Positions 49,801-59,778 of a stretch of 64,000 bases of DNA are shown here, in pieces. The notes beneath the pieces are model-generated. The model worked only from the letters and a program-made list of their open reading frames with translations. It was not told where the DNA came from and did not search any database. Source of the DNA: Bilabrum cf. latius (lineage: Eukaryota); contig OZ237766.1 in NCBI GenBank assembly GCA_965178125.1, forward strand, positions 62,001 to 126,000, written 5' to 3'. Every line of letters starts with the position of its first letter. Position 1 is the stretch's first letter. The position numbers were made by a program, and so were the translations under genes.

Positions 49801-50553
49801 TGCATAGGCGCAGCAGCCGATGGCAGACGGCACGGTAGACGATGTCGCCTCTGCACCAGCAGCCACCATGGAGGGCGACCGGGCCAGCTCGGCCGGGACT
49901 GGCACGGATGCATCGCAGTCTATCCAGGAATTGAGAGCACCCGGGTAGCTGGCGGGCAGCGGTGTTCAGAGAACCAGACACGGTGATGGAGAAGCAGGTG
50001 CAGAGGCCGGTCGAGGGGCTGGCTAGTCGGCTCGCTCGGCAAGTCAGGTGCCGCAACAGAAAGCAGTATCTCTCGATGGTGCAGGTTAGGCCGCTATGGA
50101 GCAGGACGATTGCAGCCATGGTGCATCGCATGGTGGTGCAGCCATATCCCGGCCTCCCTCGCAGCAGCAGATGTTCGCAGGCAGCAAGGAAAAGAAAGAA
50201 TTTGACGCTGGTGCTGGTGCTGGTGCTGGTGCTGGTGCTGGTGCTGGTGCTGGTGCTGGTGCTGGTGCTGGTGCTGGTGCTGGTGCTGGTGCTGGTGCTG
50301 GTGCTGGTGCTGGTGCTGGCAGTGCTATTGCAGGGATCGATGGCGGGCACCGTAGGGGCCCTGAAGCTGCTGCAGAGGCTACTCCTCCACCAGCCAAACG
50401 CGATGGCAACGATTAGCCCAGTGAATACAGAGGTGTGCACAAGGCAAGTAATGAGGGGGCAGGGAGAGAAGCAGGCACCAGCCATCAGCAGCCACCCAGC
50501 GCTGCACTGCCAATCCAAGCCCCGGCCGATGCTGCTTCTGATGCTGCCGCTGA

Positions 50554-50648
<95 letters not shown>

Positions 50649-52219
50649 TTGGGGCAGCCTCGAGAGCACCAGCCAGGAATGCACGCGCATCGCAGTGCAG
50701 TGCGCCCAGCAGCCCGCCCACCACCCGCCGCAGACTCAGGTCCAGACGAAGCAAAGCCGGCAGTCGGGCTGCAACGTCCAGGGAGGCATCTGAGGCATCT
50801 TCGGTACTACACGCGAGTGGGTCTGGCGAGTTGAAGCACAGCGCAAGCAGCCAATCATCTTCAGGTGCAAGCCAGAGCCAAGCCGACGACAAGGACAAGG
50901 ACAAGAACAAGGACAAGGACAAGGACAAGGACAAGGACAGTGTTGAAGACACTACCGGAGGCAAAGTCAAGAGCTCAGGTTCTATCGTGGGGTCCAGACC
51001 AACAGGCCGCCGCCGGCTCCCCAAGCCGTCGTCACCGTCAGCACCGTCCTTCCCTTCGATTCCCGCGAGATCATCGGTGCGGCTTGGACTCAAAAGGAGC
51101 AGGAGCACTGGCACTGGCACGGGCACAGGCAGGAATGACGAGGCGCGCAAAGGTGCAAGGGGATCAGGAGGGAAGGAAGAAGCGGATGGGCAGGGACAGC
51201 GACAAGGACAGGGGCAGGAGCAGGGGCAGGCGGGGGGTCCTCAGTCGATCGGTGCATGTGTGGATTCTGTTGCACCAGCAACCTCGAATGCAGAGGTAAG
51301 CCCAGCAACAGAGGCAGCGGCAGAGGCACCGCCCGCCAAGAAACCCCGGCATGCACGCAGAAAGGCAGCTCAGGTAGCGATGACAACCTTGGGAGGCAAT
51401 ATGAGCGCTTCTTCTTAGCCCCAGTCTAAGCCAAGGGTGCTGGGCGAGGCATTCAGCAGCCCAAAGAGGCCCGATCGGGCACATGATGCGCCTGGTCCCA
51501 TCGATGCAAGCGTTGATAAATCCCCCGCTGTGGATCGGCTCAGCCGGCTGCTGGCTAGCCCGGGAGATGCGGACGCAGCTTCTGCCGGTGCATGGCACGG
51601 TGGTGCGCGCCGGGCCCGCCGGGTGCGTGTGCAGCGTACAAGGGTGAACCAGCAGAGCTTTGAGCTGGAGGTCTCTGCCTCATCCACCTCTTCGGGGTCT
51701 GGGTCTGCAGGTGAGTCTGGACCGGGAGGGCCAGCATAGAGCAAGTCAATAGACTAGTAGCGAGGTACTGCCTCTGGGTCTGCAGGTGGGTCTGGACCGG
51801 GAGGGCCAGCATAGAGCAAGTCAATAGACTAGTAGCGAGGTACTGCCTCTGCTGCTGCTGTTGGGGCTCATGGCGCAGTGGTGCAAGGTGACGAGTGCAG
51901 CACTGTGCCCAGCACCACCGGACACGAGCCCTCCACTGCGTCCACGCCAGGGTCTACCCGGGGGAGCAGCAGTCGAGGGAGGCAGGGGCGCACCCAGGGG
52001 AATGACCCCACCATGGGGGACTCCTCCCCCACCCGGGGTTCTGCCTCTGCCTCTGCCTCTGCCTCTGCCTCCTCCTCCTCCCCCGCGACCTCAAGCGGGG
52101 CGAGCCCCTCCCTCAAACGCCGAGTCAGACGCAATTCAAAGAGGGGCCGCCGGCTCAAGACGTACATGGATCCGCTGCGGAGGGTGCTGGGGTCACCTGG
52201 GTCTCTCGGGATCAGTGAT

Positions 52220-52251
<32 letters not shown>

Positions 52252-53365
52252 AGACGAAGAAGTGGAGGAGTAGGCAGGGGGAGTCAAGGGGACCGCGCGA
52301 GGCAGCCGGCTGCCAGTCCTCGGGAAGGCCTCCTCCCATCGATCCCATGCCAGGGGGTCGGTGGCAGTGAGCGGCGGCGGCAGTGCCCATGCTGGCCCTC
52401 TCGGGGTCAGGGCTGCCCTCAAGCCCTCCTTGTTGTGCTCCAGAGCACGGGCAGGTGTGACGAGTGCAGCGCGGCGGCGTGCGGTGGGTGTCCCCTTGAA
52501 GAAGCGGGGTAAGGGGAAGGCTAGCCGCAGCAGTGCAGTGCAGTCTCGTGGTTGGCAGGGGGGGCAGCAGTCGCACTGGGACGTAGTGTCGTCGCCAGAG
52601 CCCAAGCCAGGGCAGCAGGGTGCATCGCACGGTGATGCGAGCAGTCTGGCTGGGGTGGCCGTGGGAAGCGACGCGTTCCAGCCGAGGCACATCCTCGTGG
52701 GCCGGGGACCAGGGAACAAGGAAGGCAAGGAAGGTGATGAGCGCACGGGTGATGGACCTGGACCAGGCATCGCCAGGCGCCGCCGCCGGACAGTAATGGT
52801 CACCCCGGGTTCCCTGGGGCACACCCTGGGTGCTGTTGACCCCAAGGTGGGGTCAAGTCCTGGATGGCGGGCGGCTCGCGGCGGAAAGAAGGCTGCTTTG
52901 GGATCAGGCGTGGTGCCTGCAGGCAGAGCAGTTCCCAGGCCTCTGGCATCTGCGTCCTCGGGGTCAGCGACGGGTGTGTTCCTGAGGAAGGGCAAGCGCA
53001 AGGGCAAGCTCTCAGGAAATGTGACGAGTGCGAGCAGGAGGGGCGTGCTGAGGAAGGCAGGGGCCCAGGCAGCGGCAGTAGGTGCCATCGCTCCTGCAGG
53101 CCACCGTGTTCTTGTTGGCAGAGGCGTGTTGTCACCTGCAGGCAGGGCGAGCACTCCATCGAGGGACCGCAGCAGGGGAGGCAACCTGGCAGGGGGGGAG
53201 TGGTCACCGGGTGATGAAGTAGTGACAGGAAAGGTGGAGAAGCTGAGTGCTACTAGATCTAGGGTGCAGCGGACGGACAAGAGCAACAGCAACGCGGCCC
53301 GGCGGTCTTCGTCGGGGCAGAGAGGGGCTATCCTGCCCAGATCAAGCAGGCGGAAAGCACACTAA
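42134..53365 (+). CDS. Giant (~3,740 aa) low-complexity protein with one C2H2/U1-type zinc finger
   Basis: Eight track ORFs (42323, 43958, 46145, 50096, 50435, 51437, 51878, 52361) lie in one frame. The gaps I read contain only TAG (about 18 in total). ATG at 42134, TAA at 53363-53365. Zinc finger CEVCGETYAGGALAEHIKSRVH at about 46466-46531. Confidence 0.7.
50210..50319 (+). repeat. (GGTGCT)n microsatellite, poly-(Gly-Ala)
   Basis: Visible directly. Confidence 0.95.
50555..50647 (+). repeat. (GCTCCT)n microsatellite, poly-(Ala-Pro)
   Basis: Visible directly. Confidence 0.95.
51698..51850 (+). repeat. 75-bp near-perfect tandem duplication (2 copies), each copy carrying 3 in-frame TAG codons
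   Basis: Units start at 51698 and 51773 and differ by one base (GAG/GGG). Confidence 0.9.
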
Positions 53366-53707
53366 GCCGAACGCAAATGTCTCCTGCGGTGTCGCGACTC
53401 TTGGGAAATGCCTCACCACTTCGAAAGATCGGAGCGAAGTACGGAACCATCCCTGCCCGCAGCTCCCCCATGCACACTGTTAATATGACGATAAGTGCTG
53501 GCGCGTGCCATTAAACTTGTATTTATATAGATCTACACGATTCAAAATACACGCTACACGGGCTAACAAATCGCCCGAAGGCTACTTCAGATCACCTCAA
53601 GCCATGGGGCTGCTGTGCTGCTTCTCCGTGGTGGGGAGAGGCAGTGCGCTGCTTGTTGCCTTTGTGTTCGATTGCATTCGGATCAGCCGCCTACAACGAC
53701 TGGATCA

Positions 53708-56700
53708 TCAAAATCTACCATCCCCACCAACTCCGGTGCTACCACCCCCCGTGCTGCCCCCCACAAGGGGGAGGGACCCCCGCCTGGGCCCCTCCTCGCT
53801 CGCCCCTACCCCTCGAAGCACCGCCTCACGCTGCACCTGCGCAGGAGACATGGGCTTCCTCCTCCTCTCCCTCTTCTTCTCGTGGCTGCCTGCGGACCCC
53901 GGCTCCATTTCTTGCCCCTGCCCATGCCCCTGTCCCCCCAGCTGCAATCCGCTCATCTAATGCAGTCCGCTCATCGAGGCCGCATCCCGCCGGGGAGGAG
54001 GCCTAGGCCGGGGTGTGAAAGGCACGCCCCCACCCCCACCCCCATCCTCGTCCCTATCCTAGACATGCAGCTGGTCAGACAGGGCCCGTCTCCCCGCCCT
54101 GGGGGGCTACATTCTGGCTCCGGACGCATTCAAGGGGGGGTCTGCCTGCGGGGCCGAAAGGCCGCGCAAGGATGCGGGTGACGAGTCTTTCTCCTTCACG
54201 GCATGCTTCCTGTTTCCTCCAACTTCCTCTTCACCTTTCCACTCCTGCTCTTTTTCCCGTTGCTGCTCCACTTCCCCTTCGCCTTTATCTTCATCTTCCC
54301 CATCGTGCTGGGCTTCCTGGGCGCGCTGTGCAACGACTCGGGCCGGGCCCTGTGTGATGTGTGACGAGTGAGCGCGCTTGTCGGCCGCCCGAATCGCCTC
54401 CCAGCCCGGCACGTCCTGCTGCCCTTGCCTCTGCCTCTGCCTCGTCCCATCATGGCCCCCTGCCTCATCTGGCCCAAGCGCAAGCACACCCGGTGCATCC
54501 CCGAGCGCCAGTTCCGGTCTAGACGACCGGCTGACGATGCTGCGGGCCACTGACCCCGCCCTACCCCCGCCAAGGAACAAACCCCTGGGGGGTGCCTCGG
54601 CTGATGAAGGTTCGCTGGGGTGCACCGAACCACCGGGCCGGTGGCCACCACGGCTCGATGATGCCTGCACCCCCGCCGTGCACTGCCCCTGCCGCTACAA
54701 CGGATCACTCGTCACACCACTCGTACCCGTCGCCACAATGTTGCCGCCAATAGTAGCAGCAGCTGCCGTAGCACCAGCACCAGCACCGGCACGAGAGGTG
54801 GCAGTGGTCCCGCCGGCCAGCAGCACCTCGTCCACTAGTGGATTTGCGACCGAGCCCACCCCACTGAGGAAGGATCCGGAGTCGAAATCACCCGTGTTCC
54901 CTCCTACATCTTCGTCCTAGATTCCGGCGGGCTATGGCAACCCCCTGCCCCTGTCCCTGTCTGTAGACCGGAAGAACCTCCCACCACCGGAGCGGCTGCC
55001 CTTGCCTTGCAGCTCAGTGTGCCGTACATGTCCCGATTTATCTATCCCCTAGGGCTGGTTCCTTTTTCTATCAATCACCGTCCTCATGTCCCCCCGTGGT
55101 GCCCCCCAATATCCTGGGGGGCTCCACCTCGTCCCCACCGCCCGGTCTCCACGGACTGGGGCTGTGGACGGGCGCGATGTGCTGCGGTCGCTTTCGAGGC
55201 CTCTGCCGCGCGTAGTGGGCCGCACTGCAGTGCCGTGCGACTGCCCTCTCCAACCCCCACCCAATCGCGAAGCCTGTTCCTGCCCATCGTACACAGAAAT
55301 GTGCTTCTTGGGCTGGTGGTACTGCTGCTGCTCGTGCTCCGGCTTTAGCTCCGGCTGGTGCTCTTGCTTGGCACCTACCACGGTTGGCAGCGCGATCCTG
55401 ACTGCTTCATCCCGCATTTGCTTCTCACTCTCACTCGCAAGTCGCGCCGAAGCAGGCCGTCCCCTGCCTTTCTTTCTGCCTGCTGTGCCACCATCCCCCC
55501 AGCCCCTCGCACGCAGCGAGATACCATACTTGGCTCGGGCCCCTGTCGTCGTCACACCTCCTCGCCCGACTGGCATGTCTCTGCCGCTAGTCGACACTCC
55601 ATCAGGCATGTCTCGGTATCCTACGCCTCCGTGCGGGTGCGCGCCACTTTCAGTGTGACGAGTGCTGCATCTAGGCCTGCTGCCACCCGCGCCCCTCTTC
55701 TCCACATCGCCCCAGATCAGGCCACGCAGCCGACGGAGCAGGGGATACTCGTCACACCGAGGCACCCACCCGGGAGCTGGTGGCCCTGCATACATACCCA
55801 CCACTGGCGATGCATGGCTCCCTCCCTCGTCCTATCCCCCGTGTTCGTCCTCCTCCTCCTCCTCCTCATGTTCCCTGTCTCGCCCCTTCGCACCCGCAAG
55901 AGCTTCCTGCATTCGCCTCGCCTGTTCCCTGCCAACGCGCTCCCCTGCAGACTCCTTAATCGTCACACCACTCAGAGGAACACGGGGCAAGCCTGCACGT
56001 TTCCCACCCGCACCCGCGTGCGATGCACTAGCTCCACCCGCGTCGGAGACCTCCCTCTCCCTCGCCCTGGATGTGGCTGTGGCAGTCTTCGGGAGCCTTC
56101 CGCCCGCCTGCTGCAGCTGCCTACGCAGCTGTTTCGCACCCTATCTGACCCCTGTAGCTGCACGCATGGCCCCCTGCACCCCCTGCAGCAGCACCGCAGT
56201 GCGATGACCCTGCCCCCCCCCGCCATCGCCCCCCCCGCGCCCATGCTCTGCCACCGCTGCCCGCCCTCGCTTCTCTATCGGATCCAGTGCCTCCAAAGCA
56301 TCGTCACTCGTTACAGTGGCCAAGTCAGCGTGCTACCGAGCATGCACCACCATGCCCTGCACCTCAAGCGCAGCCGCCAGCTGCAGATGAGACGCGCCCA
56401 CGTCCACACGTACAGCAGCACGCGCGATGCCCAGATCATCCATACCGTCCTAGTTGATACTGCTGCTGCTGCTACTGGCAGCGGCCCCAGTACCTCGACT
56501 ACCCCTGATACCCCCCTGTACCAAGTGCCGCTGACGGGCGCACGCGCAGGCCAGAGACCCCTGCGCGGCGAGCACGGCTGCGGAACCGAGGCGCCGCGCA
56601 TCCTGCGACTCGGTTCCGCTCGCTGCGCCACTAGCCCTGCCACGATGCTGGGGCAAACCGTGCCTCCCACTCGTCACACGGGCGCGCTTCAGTGCACCGG

Positions 56701-57499
56701 CTGCGTCTCGCCGCAGCGCAGCCGCCTGGTGCGCCGCCCCACTTATGGCTCCGAGTACGCGCCAGCCCGCACGGGCCGCCGCCTCGGACCCCCGGGCCGC
56801 TCCCTCGAGACCGGGGGTCATCCCCGATAGAATGCGCGGCGCCGGTTCCGCACCCGGGCTGGACGCCTCTCCGACGGCCTCCGCGCAGTCGAGCAGTTGA
56901 GCGAGCAGCGCCCAGGCGGAAGCACTTGCTCGGGGGGCGCGGACCCCCCTCGGGGGCGGGCGGGCGCCGTCTGCCGGAGTGTGTCCCCGCGCCGACCGTG
57001 CGGCGTTCTTCTGTTTCTCGACTGCGAGCATGACGGCGTTTCGCTAGTGGGCCGCCCACGCGCTCGCCGCGGAGGCAGCCAGGTCCGCTGCTCCTTTGGC
57101 GGCGGCCACCTAGACTGGAGTGAGCACGGACTCGCCGGCTTCTGGGGATCGCTCCCCTGTAGATTCTGAAACCAGGCTGTCGCGTACCGACTGCTGGACA
57201 GCACGGCGTCCCCACTGCAGCCCTCGGCGGATCGCAGCGGCCGTGGGATCTACGTCATGTGGACCTGGCAATCCGTTTGGCTTATCGATTCCACCGAAAT
57301 TGAATTCAGTTTTGCTGCTGGACCGTGCCGAAATTGGCCGTACCTGTCTGTGCCGCGCAAGGCGTGCACCGGTGGTTCGCGAGTGAGGTCGGTTCGGTTG
57401 CGGCCCGGAACTGGAATGGCGCGATTTCGCATATGCAAGTGTTCCTGATTCAATCTGGTTTGCAATTGCATGGCATGCGGCCCGCAGCAGTCTTGACAT
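53708..57499 (-). CDS. Hypothetical low-complexity Arg/Gly/Ser-rich protein (~1,260 aa)
   Basis: Six track ORFs (57110-57499, 56450-57031, 56141-56323, 55049-55804, 54107-54670, 53708-53956) are in one frame. The five upstream ones end in TAG and the last ends in TGA. Confidence 0.6.
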
Positions 57500-57849
57500 G
57501 GAAGCATCAAAATCAGAGGGGCTCCGCGTCCCGGCCTCTTGCGATTTTGAGTCCGACCCGGCGGCACGGCGACCATCGCTCTAGCCTCGCCGTTGCAGCT
57601 CATCTGAAAGCGTAATTTCCTGCGGAAGCCATGGTATCTCTCTGTTCTCCATCTAAATGCCGTTGGGTGGCCAGATCAGCCTCCACTCCACCCAACGACA
57701 CGCGAACCACAAGAATCGAACGTTCTTCTGGTGTCCGGTTTTTTAAGGCTCGCAGCTAGATCTATTCAGCCGCCCGATGGCGGCATCGGCATCGGCCTCT
57801 CTTGCTTTGCTCGGTGGCGCTTCCATACACTGGTCGCTCTTCAATCCAC

Positions 57850-59361
57850 TCAGCTGTCCCCTCTTTCCCACGCCGCAGTCCCTCGCTTCATGACGAAGAG
57901 GAAGTACCCCATGCCCGCAGGCACATCCAGCACGTGCACCCGCGGCAACCCATTCGAGGGTGCGCCCTGCGATTCTGTTTCAGCAGACGCGCTAGTTGTG
58001 CAGCTGCCGCTGCTCTAGGGTTCGCACACCCAGCCACCGTCCACCTCAGCACACCCAGACCCAGACCAGTCCAGCTCGACCGACATTGGAATCGACTGAC
58101 CACCTGTCGATTGTCCCTCTGCTGTGCCCTCACCTGCACCCGCACCTGCATCTTCACCTTCCCCTTCATCGGTATATGCACCTGTTTCTGTATTTCCGCT
58201 AGCCTTCGTAATTGCATCGCTGTCAGCATCTTCCCCCCCAGAATCACCCGCACCTGCCCCCTGATCTGCTCCCCCCGTTGCATCTTCCTTCTCTTCAACA
58301 GCCTCCTGCTCTTCCTCATCCGCCTGCATCGCATCTGCAGCTCCGGCGAGAGCAGCCAGAGGCCCGAGCGAGTCTTCATCTTCACTATCGGTGCTATCGA
58401 CTTCCCCCCCCTCGTACCCCGCACCGTCCACATCCTCACCTGCCGATCCCCCAGCAACACCCCCCGCCGCGGGGTCATACCCCTGAAGAAACGGTTTCCG
58501 AAAATGCGGTTGCGCAAAGGAGACCTGCAGGTAGAGTCCCCCCGGCCGGAGGACCCTCTTGCTCTCCTCCATGGCCCGCCAGCCCACCTCCAGGAGGTGC
58601 CTAGGAGGAGCCCAAGCGTCCCCCCCCCCTGCCAGCAGTGCGTCCATCATGGCCTTGTCCAGGATGGCGTCGAAGCTGCCGGCTGCATATGGGAGAGCTA
58701 GAGCGTCTGCCTGTTCAATGACAAGGCCACACGTGCACTATGTCCTGCCCCCTGCCCCTGTGTGCCCTGCCATTTCCCCACCCCCCACAACCGCCTCTAC
58801 CAACGCACCCCTCTCCGTCTCTCCCTCCTTGGGCTCTTCCTTGCGCTCCCCTCCTAGGGATGAGGCATCTGTGCTGGCAGTGACAGCAGCACCCATGACG
58901 ATGCTCATGCCCTCCCTACCCTGCTCCTCTCCCCGGAGCACTTGCTCGAGCCTCTCCCGCATGCGCAACACGGCAGCCTCGGCGATATCTGTCGCGACAA
59001 TGTTACTGTAGCCGTCTCGGAGCATGTCCAGCGGCAGGGGGGAATTGCCCGTGCCCACGAGCAGGATGCGCGCGTCTAAAGGCAGCAGAGCCCGCAGCAT
59101 GGGCCTCAGTTTCTCGTAATTTGCGAGCCACTCGTACTCGCTCTCGCGACGAAACCTGAAATCCCAGTACCCGGCCTCTCGATACAAAGCCACTTTCGAG
59201 CTGCATGGCGTCACGCCATCGTCTTCAAGACTTGATTTGCTGGGAGCATGAAGTTCTTCGACCAGCTTGGGCCTTGTAAAGCTGCCCTGTTTCATCTTTG
59301 CGACAGGTTTCGGCACTTCAATCTCTCGCACCTCGGGCTCAGACCCCAGCGAGGCAATCAT
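57850..59361 (-). CDS. Class I SAM-dependent methyltransferase, EEF1AKMT4/METTL13-N-like
   Basis: YWDFRF...YEW, ILLVGTGNSPL, TDIA, SFDAILDKAMMDALL, RVLRPGG.YLQVSFAQPHFR and C-terminal GYFLFVMKR. TAGs at 58738 and 58015; TGA 57850-57852. Confidence 0.85.
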
Positions 59362-59778
59362 ATTTTTCGATTCGACGATAGGTTTACACTACACGAGTTA
59401 CTATCCGTCTGCTACAGCGAGATTGAATACCTCTTTAAACAGCCGGTACACGTACACTTGCGTCGCCGTGCCCCAAACAGGTGTGACACGCAAAATTTGG
59501 AAACTCCGTGCCTGAATCGCCTTCTTCTTGATGTGTGACGGGCACTAAAAATATATGAAAAGCGTATACCGCGCAAGAGGCGGCAGTATTTGCTGTGTAA
59601 AAGCCCTAAACGTGGCCAAACCTGGGGTCAGCTCCTGTCGGCGTCACGTTGGTTCGCTGCATCTCGGGTGGGGTTCGTCATGGTTCCCTGTCTGATATAA
59701 AATGGATCCGACTTCAAACTGCACCGTTCCCCTGCCAACGGACAGTTCGACGCCGGAACCTATCAGAGCGCAACAAGC

